Virus record (IMG/VR): IMGVR_UViG_3300028534_000019
Span: 31,091 to 95,090 of that record
Direction: 5' to 3' (one strand)
Length of the DNA stretch: 64,000 nucleotides
Source of the DNA: a virus
Taxonomy: Duplodnaviria; Heunggongvirae; Uroviricota; Caudoviricetes
Part shown: positions 28,941-38,004 of the stretch, piece after piece
Layout of the letters: each line of letters starts with the position of its first letter
Position numbering within the stretch: position 1 is the stretch's first letter
Notes under the pieces: generated by a model
What the model was told of the DNA's origin: nothing
Database searches by the model: none
What the model saw: the letters and a program-made list of their open reading frames with translations, nothing else
Made by a program: the position numbers and the translations under genes

Positions 28941-29846
28941 ATGACATTAGAAAAAGATGGTATATCTTACGAAAAACCGATAGTAACACTATTACAAGAT
29001 ACAGGTATAGGTGTAGCTGAATATGCCGCTAGAACTTGCTATGATAGTTTTAACAATAGTGAAAACACACTAATTAAAGAAGTTAATTACCAACTTGATT
29101 CTTATATAGGTCAAGACCATTATGATGAGTCATACAAAGATGATTTAAACAATATTGAAGATTCTGAATTGCTTAGTGATTTAGCTTGGGCATATCATCA
29201 CCATTCAATTTTAGAACATTCTAATCTATCTTTCTTAATTAAAGGTACTTCAAGAGGTGTACTTCAAGAACACGCTCGACATAGAATACAAGCAATTTCA
29301 GTAAGAAGTACAAGATATACAATGAGTGGTATTATTAATGCTTTTGTTGCTAGTAAATTTCATATTGGTTCAGAATTACAGTTTTTTACTGAAAAGTTAA
29401 TGAATATGGATATGTTTGTAACTACTGATGAAATGTATCAAAAAATTGAAATAGCAGGTATTTTTGATAAACTAAATTTTCAATATAATAACTGTAATGA
29501 ATTTTATGAGATGGCAGTTGCTAAATCTAGTATGAAATTTCTTGAAGCAAATGATAATCCTTATAATGCTTATGATATTTTTGAAAAACTTCAAAAAGGT
29601 AAGAAGAAAAGAAATGTTGGAGATGCTTTTAAACATATAGTTTCAGATAACTGGAAAGTAGATATGGTAGTGACTTTTAATATTAGAAGCCTTAAAAACT
29701 ACTTTACATTAAGAGATAGTGGTGCGGCATATTTTCAAATTAAGTGGTTAGCAGAAGAAATGAAAAAAGCAACACCTATTAAATACTTAAAACTTATTGA
29801 TAAAAAATATAGAGATGTTGATGTTAAAGGAATAGATAATGATTAG
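28941..29846 (+). CDS. thyX: flavin-dependent thymidylate synthase ThyX-like
   Basis: ThyX signature RHRIQAISVRSTRY (RHR...S.R). It could be a dNMP hydroxymethylase-type variant in a base-modifying phage. Confidence 0.75.
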   Translation: MTLEKDGISYEKPIVTLLQDTGIGVAEYAARTCYDSFNNSENTLIKEVNYQLDSYIGQDHYDESYKDDLNNIEDSELLSDLAWAYHHHSILEHSNLSFLIKGTSRGVLQEHARHRIQAISVRSTRYTMSGIINAFVASKFHIGSELQFFTEKLMNMDMFVTTDEMYQKIEIAGIFDKLNFQYNNCNEFYEMAVAKSSMKFLEANDNPYNAYDIFEKLQKGKKKRNVGDAFKHIVSDNWKVDMVVTFNIRSLKNYFTLRDSGAAYFQIKWLAEEMKKATPIKYLKLIDKKYRDVDVKGIDND

Positions 29847-30483
29847 TATTAAAAATTTCAAAGGAACACTTGTTTTAAATGGTGTTTCTTCTTTTGATGA
29901 ACCATATTTAGATGATGAATTATTAGAAAAGATAAATGAAAGAAAAGAAGAAATGGATGATATATTTGAAGCAAGAAAAACAAATGAAAATATATCATAT
30001 GATTGTTTATATTTAGAAAATAGAGTAAAATTATTAGAAAAACAATTAGAAATTGATAATAAAGAAATTGCTAAAATACTAGAAGATAATCTTGAAGTTG
30101 ATTTAGAATCTAATGATTTTGAAAAAGATTTAGAAAATACTTATAATAAAGTTCTATTACTTGTTAGAAATAAAGTTAGAATTACTGAAATAATGAACCA
30201 TTATTCAGTTTTATTATTAAGTCTTAAAGATGATTCTGATTTTATAGGTAAAAGTAAATTTGAATTTGAAATGTTTCTAAACTCTAAAAAGAACTTAGGT
30301 AGCATTAAAGAATATTCAGTAAAAGTTAATGATGATAAAACATTTATAAGTTTAAAAGTGTTTTTTAAGAATGAAGATGAACCTGTATATTTCTTGGTTA
30401 CTGAAGAATATATTAAATTTTCAAACTTATCCACTTTTGAAGTACTAAATCTACACTCATTAGAGGATTTAGATGATGAGTAA
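29839..30483 (+). CDS. hypothetical acidic coiled-coil protein
   Basis: 214-aa ORF. Confidence 0.45.
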   Translation: MISIKNFKGTLVLNGVSSFDEPYLDDELLEKINERKEEMDDIFEARKTNENISYDCLYLENRVKLLEKQLEIDNKEIAKILEDNLEVDLESNDFEKDLENTYNKVLLLVRNKVRITEIMNHYSVLLLSLKDDSDFIGKSKFEFEMFLNSKKNLGSIKEYSVKVNDDKTFISLKVFFKNEDEPVYFLVTEEYIKFSNLSTFEVLNLHSLEDLDDE

Positions 30484-30667
30484 TGAACTTTTTAAACATA
30501 AAGAAAAAGGTACTATTTATAAAGTAATTAAAACAGATAATATCAATGGTATTAACACTGTTACTTATAAAGAGGACTCTTTCCCTGATAGTGCTAAACC
30601 AAGAATATATGTAAGAGATTTATATATGTTTCTTAAAAATATGGAATTAATTGAAGATAAAGGTTAG
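30473..30667 (+). CDS. hypothetical small protein
   Basis: 64-aa ORF. Confidence 0.35.
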   Translation: MMSNELFKHKEKGTIYKVIKTDNINGINTVTYKEDSFPDSAKPRIYVRDLYMFLKNMELIEDKG

Positions 30668-30669
30668 AG

Positions 30670-30909
30670 ATGGAAATACAATCTTTATTATATAAATGTG
30701 ATAAATGTGATGCTATTATAGATAATCCAATTTCTAAAGAATATAATATTCATTTTTGTAACAAATGTGTTTTAGAGTTTATTCATAATAAGATGGTAAT
30801 TGAATTTAATGAACCTCAAAAAATTCATAACATAAATGAAAATCATAAAGATGAACATATAACGACAAAAAATATAGATTTTTGTGAAGTTAGTATTAAG
30901 GATTTATAA
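30670..30909 (+). CDS. small zinc-ribbon protein
   Basis: CDKCDA...FCNKC pairs of Cys. Confidence 0.4.
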   Translation: MEIQSLLYKCDKCDAIIDNPISKEYNIHFCNKCVLEFIHNKMVIEFNEPQKIHNINENHKDEHITTKNIDFCEVSIKDL

Positions 30910-31217
30910 TGTCAAAGCAATGGCTTAGTGAATTAATAGAACAGCCATATGAATGGTGTATTGAAACTGTTACAAAAGAGCCTGAATTACTAAAAAATAT
31001 AAAAGTACAAACACAAGAACTTTGTGAAATAGCATTTTATGAAGATTATAAAACAGCAAAATATATACATCAAGAATTTAGATTTAATGAGAGAATTTTA
31101 GCTATTGCTCGACAGCATAGTTTATTAAATAAAAGCATACCACAAGATATGCTTGAAAAAATAAATGAATATCCATATAATTACTTTGAAAAGAAATATC
31201 CTGAAATCTTTTTCTAA
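30909..31217 (+). CDS. hypothetical protein ending ...EKKYPEIFF
   Basis: 102-aa ORF. Member of the YPE-tail set. Confidence 0.45.
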   Translation: MSKQWLSELIEQPYEWCIETVTKEPELLKNIKVQTQELCEIAFYEDYKTAKYIHQEFRFNERILAIARQHSLLNKSIPQDMLEKINEYPYNYFEKKYPEIFF

Positions 31218-31345
31218 TTTAATAAAAGGTTAAGGTTGTATTAGCTATAATTCTACATACACAAAATAAAAGTAAAGGATTTGATATGACATAAATGTTT
31301 GTTATAGAAATTTAGATACATAATATAAAACAAAAGGAAAAAGAA

Positions 31346-31549
31346 ATGGATAGCAAAACAGCAGAAGGTTTAGGTATAGCAATTGGTGCTATTATTGTAT
31401 TAATTATAGGATTAGCAATTCAATTAGGTATTTTTTATCTAATCGCTTTAGGGTTGATTTGGGCTTTTGATATAGCAATAGTACCAATTAAATTAGCAAT
31501 TGGAATGTGGTTAGTTAAAATAGTGCTTAGTTTAGCAGTAAGAAAATAA
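31346..31549 (+). CDS. small two-helix membrane protein (candidate SPFH partner)
   Basis: 67 aa, almost entirely hydrophobic, with two predicted TM helices. Immediately upstream of the Band7 gene. Confidence 0.5.
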   Translation: MDSKTAEGLGIAIGAIIVLIIGLAIQLGIFYLIALGLIWAFDIAIVPIKLAIGMWLVKIVLSLAVRK

Positions 31550-31567
31550 AAAATAAAAAGGAAAGAA

Positions 31568-32455
31568 ATGGATAAAGGTTTATTTGGAATTATTGGAGCA
31601 GGTGTATTAGTAGTTATGCTATTAATTTTAGGTGCTACATCAGTTTATACAGTTGATGAGGGTAAAGTTGGTATTGTAAAGACTTGGGGTAAAGCAGTAA
31701 AGCAAGTTAATCCCGGACTTCACTTCAAAATGCCTATTGCTGATGAGGTTGTAGAGATTGAGGTAAGAACAAGAAAAAATGTTGAAACTATGAGTATTGC
31801 TACAAGTGAGCAAATGGCGGCAAAAGCAACTGTTTCTATGAACTGGACTGTTAATAAAGCAAGTGTTTTAGAACTCTATAAGAAATATGGCTCACTTGAC
31901 CAATTTGAAAGTAGAATTTTAGACCCAAAACTTAGAGATGCCACAAAAGAGGGTATTGCTAAATTTACAGCAGAACAAAATATTAAGAACAGAGGTGTAA
32001 GCACACTCAAAGTTAAGGAATTATTTATTAACCAAATTAAAGGTTATCCTATTACTGTTAATGGTTTTCAAATTGAAGATATTCAATTAAGTAAAAAATA
32101 TCTTGCTTCAATTGATGCTAAACAAACAGCTAAAAATGAAAGAGATGCTGAAAAATTTAAACTTGAAAAACAAGCCCTTGAAGCACAAAGAGCAGTAAAT
32201 ACAGCAAATGCTGAAAGAGATGCCGCTAAAGCAAGAGCAGATGGTGTGGCTTATAAAATTGAAGCAGAAGCAAAAGCAAATGCTAAGAAAATTGCCCTTA
32301 TTGCTGGAGCAGAAGCAAAAGCAATTAAACAAAAAGCACAAGCACTTAAAAATAACCCTGCTATTATAGACTATATGAGAGCAGAAAAATGGAGTGGGAA
32401 TTATCCTACTACTATGATGGGTAGCAACCCAAACATTCTTATGAAATTAAAATAA
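31568..32455 (+). CDS. SPFH / Band 7 (stomatin-prohibitin-HflK family) membrane protein
   Basis: N-terminal TM helix, then YTVDEGKVGIVKTWGK...PGLHF (SPFH core). C-terminal Ala/Lys-rich coiled coil. Confidence 0.8.
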   Translation: MDKGLFGIIGAGVLVVMLLILGATSVYTVDEGKVGIVKTWGKAVKQVNPGLHFKMPIADEVVEIEVRTRKNVETMSIATSEQMAAKATVSMNWTVNKASVLELYKKYGSLDQFESRILDPKLRDATKEGIAKFTAEQNIKNRGVSTLKVKELFINQIKGYPITVNGFQIEDIQLSKKYLASIDAKQTAKNERDAEKFKLEKQALEAQRAVNTANAERDAAKARADGVAYKIEAEAKANAKKIALIAGAEAKAIKQKAQALKNNPAIIDYMRAEKWSGNYPTTMMGSNPNILMKLK

Positions 32456-32465
32456 GAGTATCTTC

Positions 32466-32489
32466 TAATAGAGGTTTTTACCTCTATTA
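32466..32489 (+). terminator. hairpin TAATAGAGG-TTTTTA-CCTCTATTA 10 nt after the Band7 stop (no U-tract)
   Basis: 9-bp perfect inverted repeat seen in the sequence. No poly-T follows, so it may be a transcript 3' stabiliser or weak terminator. Confidence 0.3.
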
Positions 32490-32602
32490 CCCCTAACACA
32501 TCTACATACATATAATCACAACAACAAAACAACAAAAAATTTTAATATTACATTAAGAATATTCAGCTATAATACTACATATAAAACATAAAAGGATTAA
32601 AA

Positions 32603-32914
32603 ATGGAAGAGTTTTTAAATAAGTTTGAAAAAATAGTTGATAGTTTCCCTTTAAACCCATCATACTTTTTAGTATTGGATATAGCAAATGATGTTTCAAA
32701 TGCTATGTTAGAAGATGATAAAGAAGTTTGTAGAAATATGTTATTAAAATATATTAAAATTGAATGTAGCATAGAAACATATAATGAAAACAGAAAAGAA
32801 ATTGATAAATTAATTTCAAAAATTAAAGAAACATTGATTACACTTTGTTTAACATTTTCAAGAGATGATAGTTTTATAATGGTTGATGATAATTTAATAG
32901 ATTTAGAATTATGA
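32603..32914 (+). CDS. hypothetical protein
   Basis: 103-aa ORF driven by the repeated GCTATAAT cassette. Confidence 0.45.
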   Translation: MEEFLNKFEKIVDSFPLNPSYFLVLDIANDVSNAMLEDDKEVCRNMLLKYIKIECSIETYNENRKEIDKLISKIKETLITLCLTFSRDDSFIMVDDNLIDLEL

Positions 32915-33183
32915 TTGAAAATTATTTTGATTGGTTTTTAAATAATTCTGAAGAATTAAGTGATTTTAGGAATGATTTTTTATATACGATAATAACTATT
33001 GAAACAGCACCAAAAATGGAACTTAGTTTATTCTATGTTTTTAAAGATTTAGGTATTAATCTTGATATATCTGATATTAGTGTTAAGGTTAATAGTACAA
33101 GTTCTAGTTTAAGTGTTTCAGATAATTTAAAAGAAAAACTAAAACTCTATATAAAAGAAAAATATCCTGAAATTATATTCTAA
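32911..33183 (+). CDS. hypothetical protein ending ...KEKYPEIIF
   Basis: 90-aa ORF. Member of the YPE-tail set. Confidence 0.45.
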   Translation: MIENYFDWFLNNSEELSDFRNDFLYTIITIETAPKMELSLFYVFKDLGINLDISDISVKVNSTSSSLSVSDNLKEKLKLYIKEKYPEIIF

Positions 33184-33245
33184 TTAATTTTAATTTAAGC
33201 ATTTAATAGATATAATATCACATATAAAAGGAAAAAGGAACAAAA

Positions 33246-33461
33246 ATGAGTTTAACATATAAACAGATTACAGAACATATTTCTAAGATTAAAGAAAATA
33301 TTTCTATTCTTGAAGATAGACTTGATACTGAATGTAAAAGTGCTGAGTCTAATAGTTGTATTGCTAAAACATTACTAGAAGAACTTGATAAGCAAGAGAT
33401 GGCTTTAATGGTAGCTGAAGATTATTTTGATAGAGTAATAGATAGAGGAAGAGGAGATTAA
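33246..33461 (+). CDS. hypothetical small coiled-coil protein
   Basis: 71-aa ORF. Confidence 0.4.
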   Translation: MSLTYKQITEHISKIKENISILEDRLDTECKSAESNSCIAKTLLEELDKQEMALMVAEDYFDRVIDRGRGD

Positions 33462-33464
33462 AGA

Positions 33465-34577
33465 ATGAAAATTACAGAGATTAAACCTATTTTACAGTTT
33501 TCTAAAGATGCTGATGATGCTGTAATCATTGAGGGTAAACACGGTATTGGTAAATCAGAAATAGTTAAACAATATTGTTCGGAAAATGGTTATTTTTATA
33601 CTGTTTTATTTTTAAGTCATCAAGAAGTTGGTGATTTGATTGGTATGCCTTTTGAAAAAAATGGTATTCAATATTGGTCTAAACCATCTTGGTTAGTAAG
33701 AATGGAAGAAGCATCAGCAAGAGGGGAACATAATGTTTTACTCTTAGATGAGTTAAACCGAGCCCAAACTGATGTATTACAAAGTGCTTTACAACTTGTT
33801 TTAGAAAGACAAATTCACGAGCATTTCTTACCTACTACTGATGGTGTAAGAAGTCAAGTAATTGCTTGTATTAACCCTGATGATGATTTATATCAAGTAA
33901 TTACACTTGACCCAGCACTAAAAGATAGATTTTTACATTTAAAAACAAGTGAAGATTTACAAGGATGGGTTAAATGGGGTGGTGAAAAAGGAGTACCTGA
34001 TGTTGTTATTCATTACTTGCTTGAAAATGAAAATGATTTTCATAGTACAAATGAAGATGGTGAGGGTGCTACACCAAGAAGTTGGTATAAATTAAGTCAA
34101 TTCTTGAAAATATTTGAAGATAAAGAAGTTGAAGAATTTCAACTTTGGGAGATTATTAAAGGTAAAGTAGGTTCAAGTATCGGTAGCAAATTCCTTAACT
34201 TTTATAATACTCATAGTACATTTATTGATGTTACAAAAATTAAAAAGTTTTTAAATAAATATAAAAGAGATATTTCTGATTTACCTGAAATTGGTGCTGA
34301 ATTAGCTAGTTATATTAAAGGTCTTGAACAAGTAACTAAAGTAGAACAAGTTAATAAACTATATCACGACAGTATTGAAAAAATTAAAGATACTAAAGTT
34401 ACTATGGATGATGAAGATATTTTCACTATTTTTGCTATGCTTCACGCTTTTGAAATAGAAGTAACAACATCAGTTATGAAGCAATGGAAAAATGAAAGTG
34501 TGAGTGATTTTATGGATTTTGTTAAAAAAGATAATAAAGAACTCATTACATTAATAACAAGAAGATTAAAAACATAA
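33465..34577 (+). CDS. MoxR/CobS-like AAA+ ATPase (AAA_5)
   Basis: Walker A GKHGIGKSE, Walker B/sensor LLLDELNRA. 370 aa. Confidence 0.75.
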   Translation: MKITEIKPILQFSKDADDAVIIEGKHGIGKSEIVKQYCSENGYFYTVLFLSHQEVGDLIGMPFEKNGIQYWSKPSWLVRMEEASARGEHNVLLLDELNRAQTDVLQSALQLVLERQIHEHFLPTTDGVRSQVIACINPDDDLYQVITLDPALKDRFLHLKTSEDLQGWVKWGGEKGVPDVVIHYLLENENDFHSTNEDGEGATPRSWYKLSQFLKIFEDKEVEEFQLWEIIKGKVGSSIGSKFLNFYNTHSTFIDVTKIKKFLNKYKRDISDLPEIGAELASYIKGLEQVTKVEQVNKLYHDSIEKIKDTKVTMDDEDIFTIFAMLHAFEIEVTTSVMKQWKNESVSDFMDFVKKDNKELITLITRRLKT

Positions 34578-34592
34578 AAGAGGTATTAAAAA

Positions 34593-34802
34593 ATGTATGC
34601 TTTAATAGGTTATAATGATGAGTATTATTACATTCAAATTTTTTCAGAAACTGATGTTGTGTATGGTTATATAATATATAACTTTAGTGGGGATAAAAGT
34701 TTAGTAGTTGATAATTTCCCAATTAGTTCAGTATTAAAAAGGTTTGAAACATTATATACTATTGAAGAAATACAAAATTTATACCCTGAATTAAAGTTCT
34801 AA
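34593..34802 (+). CDS. small protein ending ...NLYPELKF
   Basis: 69-aa ORF between the AAA+ and VWA genes. Member of the YPE-tail set. Confidence 0.45.
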   Translation: MYALIGYNDEYYYIQIFSETDVVYGYIIYNFSGDKSLVVDNFPISSVLKRFETLYTIEEIQNLYPELKF

Positions 34803-34814
34803 GAAAGGTTTTAT

Positions 34815-35183
34815 ATGGTAAAATTTCATAAAGATTATGATTTTAAAGGTGCTGATTTAGAAATCTTAAAAAAATTTCATAAAGATAATAATATTTCAAG
34901 AGTTGTATTAGATATAGAACTTAAAAAAGATAAAATTATGTTTTATTGGATTGAATATTCTAATTTTAGATATTTGTATGTTGATGATTTAAAAAGAAGT
35001 AGAGATATTAATATTAGCATATTCAAAATTAATGATATTATTTCTATAACAAATAGAGATTTTAACACACAAATATATTTTAAAGATGATATGTTTTATA
35101 TACCAAATAATAAAAATACTGATGTATTAATTGATGAATTTATCGAAGGTGATACATCAGTGAAAATTTTAAGAAAGATTTAA
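34815..35183 (+). CDS. hypothetical protein
   Basis: 122-aa ORF. Confidence 0.4.
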   Translation: MVKFHKDYDFKGADLEILKKFHKDNNISRVVLDIELKKDKIMFYWIEYSNFRYLYVDDLKRSRDINISIFKINDIISITNRDFNTQIYFKDDMFYIPNNKNTDVLIDEFIEGDTSVKILRKI

Positions 35184-35219
35184 TATTTTTTAGTGTATAA
35201 TGTCATATAAAGGATTAAA

Positions 35220-36473
35220 ATGGCTAAGAGTAATTTAAGAAGTGAAATTATTGAGGAAACTGTTATAAATGCCTTTTCAAATAAGAGAGATGGTTTTGTA
35301 AATGAGTATGCTTTTTATTTTCATATGTTTGCTATGTGTAATATAATTGAAACAGAAGATGTAGAGTTAGCAGGTGTTAATTTTATTAAAAAATGGAATT
35401 TATATATAAATCCTAAAGAGTTTCAAAAATATTCACTTAATCAAAGACTTGGTATAATTAAGCACGAAATGCTTCACATAATTTTTAACCATTTAGTAAG
35501 AATGGAAAACAAAGAAAAAGAAGAATGGAATTTAGCTACTGATTGTGCTATTAATCAAATGATTAGAAGTGCTGATTTACCTAAAGAAAGAGTAGATACA
35601 AAAAGTCTAAGTGAATATTTGGGTGTTGATGTACCTACTAATCAAAGTGCTGATTATTATTATGATTTAATTATGAAAAATAAAAAACAACAAAATAAAT
35701 GTGGTGGCAGTTCATCAGGTGGTTGTCCACAACAAGGTGATGGTAGTGGTTCTGATGAAAGTGATGGTTTAGGTACATTAGATGACCATAATAAATGGGA
35801 AGAGTCGGAAAGTATGGATGGTATAGAAGAACTTATTGAATCTTCTGTTAAAGATATGGTTTCAAAAGCCCAAGACAAAAACAGAGGTCTAACACCACAA
35901 GAACTTAATGAAATTATTGAGATTATTTTTGGTAAATCTGTTGTTAATTGGAAAAGTGTTTTAAGAAATATTGTTTCTAATAGAAGAGTTAATAAAAGAT
36001 ATACAATTCAAAAAAGGAATAGAAGATTCCCAAAAAGAATAGAAATTAGAGGTACAACAAAAGAGAAAAAATTTGATATTGTTGTTATACTTGATATTTC
36101 AGGTAGTATGAATGATAGTGAAATTCAAGATGGTTTAAATGAAATTAAAGCAATTGCTAAATTAACAAAATCTAGTATTAAGATAATTCAAGTCGATACA
36201 ACTGTTAAAGAAGTTCAAGAGTTTACAGCAAAGACAAAAACATTTAATAGACTTGGTTGTGGTGGTACAATGATGTATCCAGCACTTCAATATATAAAAG
36301 ATAACAAAATAGATATGGATTGTGGCATTTTGATTTCAGATATGATGATTGAAAGTTTAGATACTTGGGAACAAAAAGGTTTAGCACCAAAATGTAAATT
36401 TATCTTTTTGAATACTAGTAACCACTCACTAAAAACAACAACAAGAAAAAACTATATGTTTTTTGATTTATAA
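35220..36473 (+). CDS. VWA-domain protein with N-terminal HExxH metallopeptidase-like domain (CobT/DUF2201-like partner of MoxR ATPase)
   Basis: KHEMLHIIFNH (HExxH). Gly/Ser-rich linker. VWA MIDAS VVILDISGSMND...GGT. Confidence 0.7.
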   Translation: MAKSNLRSEIIEETVINAFSNKRDGFVNEYAFYFHMFAMCNIIETEDVELAGVNFIKKWNLYINPKEFQKYSLNQRLGIIKHEMLHIIFNHLVRMENKEKEEWNLATDCAINQMIRSADLPKERVDTKSLSEYLGVDVPTNQSADYYYDLIMKNKKQQNKCGGSSSGGCPQQGDGSGSDESDGLGTLDDHNKWEESESMDGIEELIESSVKDMVSKAQDKNRGLTPQELNEIIEIIFGKSVVNWKSVLRNIVSNRRVNKRYTIQKRNRRFPKRIEIRGTTKEKKFDIVVILDISGSMNDSEIQDGLNEIKAIAKLTKSSIKIIQVDTTVKEVQEFTAKTKTFNRLGCGGTMMYPALQYIKDNKIDMDCGILISDMMIESLDTWEQKGLAPKCKFIFLNTSNHSLKTTTRKNYMFFDL

Positions 36474-36485
36474 AAAGGAAATAAA

Positions 36486-36833
36486 ATGGAATATTTATAT
36501 ATAATTTTAATTGGTTATGCTTTTAATTTTGCTGTTGAAATTATTTGGACAATACTTACAATTATTGTAACCACTGGTTCTATAATACAAGACCCAAAGA
36601 GTATGTTAGAACTTAAAAAATTAGAATCTTTAACAGCTAGATATAAATTGTTAAATAAAGATATACCCTTTAGTAAAAAAAGCACTGAGAAAATAGCTTC
36701 GGCTTTTCCTTTTGCTTCAATAGTTGGTATGATTCTATTAACATATAAAATTAAACAAAATAATGGTTTAGTTGGTTATATTGAGAGTGAAAATAAAAGA
36801 TTTGAAGAAATAATAAAAGAGCAAAAAGGTTAA
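36486..36833 (+). CDS. small membrane protein
   Basis: 115 aa with two hydrophobic segments. Confidence 0.45.
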   Translation: MEYLYIILIGYAFNFAVEIIWTILTIIVTTGSIIQDPKSMLELKKLESLTARYKLLNKDIPFSKKSTEKIASAFPFASIVGMILLTYKIKQNNGLVGYIESENKRFEEIIKEQKG

Positions 36834-36901
36834 ATTTTTTAAGTTTCATTTAAGTCTAATATGTTATAATTTTACATATCAAAAGACAAAAAGGATTTAA
36901 A

Positions 36902-37321
36902 ATGATTTTAATCATAGATACATTATTTACAGAAAGTGTTGCTTTAACAGTTATTCAAGAAAAAGAGAATGAAAAAAGAGTTAAAGAAGTTAATTATAAA
37001 GATGTTAAAAAAGAAATTGAAAATAACACTTTTAATATTTGTAATTTAAAAGATGATGTTATAAGATTTATTAAAATAAATGATGTTCCTGCTGATGTTT
37101 TTGAAAGTTTTAAAGAGTATTTAAGAGGTTGTTTATTTGAATTAACAGTTAAAAACCTTAAAAAAGGTTTTGAAGATACTTTGAAAATACAAGAAGTTAC
37201 TAAATCAATTAATGATTTAGATATTAAAATTTCTATTGCTGATAATGTTTTTGAATTAGGACAATTATCAATAGCATTAGATTATTATAAAAATGAATTA
37301 GATAAAATAAAAGGGTTATAA
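36902..37321 (+). CDS. hypothetical protein
   Basis: 139-aa ORF behind the second copy of the 66-nt promoter cassette. Confidence 0.45.
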   Translation: MILIIDTLFTESVALTVIQEKENEKRVKEVNYKDVKKEIENNTFNICNLKDDVIRFIKINDVPADVFESFKEYLRGCLFELTVKNLKKGFEDTLKIQEVTKSINDLDIKISIADNVFELGQLSIALDYYKNELDKIKGL

Positions 37322-38004
37322 TGGATAATATATTATTAAGAGATTTAGTTAATGAGATTGATGAAAATACTAAGGTTATTTCAGATACTCATTTTTCTCA
37401 TAAAAATATCCTAAATTTTGAGCCTTGTAGATTAACACAAATGAGAATTGATGGTTATGATGCAGATGAACACGACAAATGGCTCATAGATAAATGGAAT
37501 GAGAATGTAGGTAAAGATGAACTTGTTATACATTTAGGTGATTTTGCTTTTAAAAGAGTAGCTGAATGTTTAGAAGAATTAAATGGTAGAATTATTTTAA
37601 TTCTTGGAAACCACGATGGAAATTCAAAAAATACAAAATATAATAAGGCTACTGTTGTAGATGGTTCTTATATGTTTCTAAAGTCTTATACAGATGATAC
37701 AATATTATGTAAAATTGTTGATGAAGATGAGAAAAATAGTTCTTTGATAATTGAAATTGGTGGTAAGACTGTTATGTTTTGTCATTATGCTTTATTTAAT
37801 AAAAATGGTGAATGGGATTATAAAAATCCAAAGATAGCACCAAGAATTAAATATCTTGAGAGTATTTATTCTATGTTAGATTGTGATGTAAATGTACACG
37901 GTCATCTACATAGTTCTATTAGTACTTTTGATAAAAGTATAAACTGTTCTCTTGAACATATTGAGTTTAAACCAACAAAAATAAAAGATTTAAAAGGGTG
38001 GTAA
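37321..38004 (+). CDS. calcineurin-like metallophosphoesterase
   Basis: MPP motifs ISDTHFSH, HLGDF, ILGNHDG, GHLH. Confidence 0.75.
   Translation: MDNILLRDLVNEIDENTKVISDTHFSHKNILNFEPCRLTQMRIDGYDADEHDKWLIDKWNENVGKDELVIHLGDFAFKRVAECLEELNGRIILILGNHDGNSKNTKYNKATVVDGSYMFLKSYTDDTILCKIVDEDEKNSSLIIEIGGKTVMFCHYALFNKNGEWDYKNPKIAPRIKYLESIYSMLDCDVNVHGHLHSSISTFDKSINCSLEHIEFKPTKIKDLKGW

Noticed and set aside
6954-34802. Interpretation of the recurrent TAYCCTGAA...TTY-stop element as a DNA-level site (homing, recombination or terminator signal)
   Set aside because: The Tyr and Phe codons vary at wobble positions, and the intervening two codons vary freely. It is always in frame at the extreme 3' end of an ORF. 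Conservation fits a peptide motif better than a nucleic-acid site. The invariant CCT/GAA is noted as a residual caveat.
6954-34802. YPE-x-x-F tail as a PCNA/clamp PIP-box (QxxhxxFF)
   Set aside because: Only one instance has a Gln at the right spacing. The conserved Pro occupies the position that should be aliphatic. Kept only as one of several docking hypotheses.
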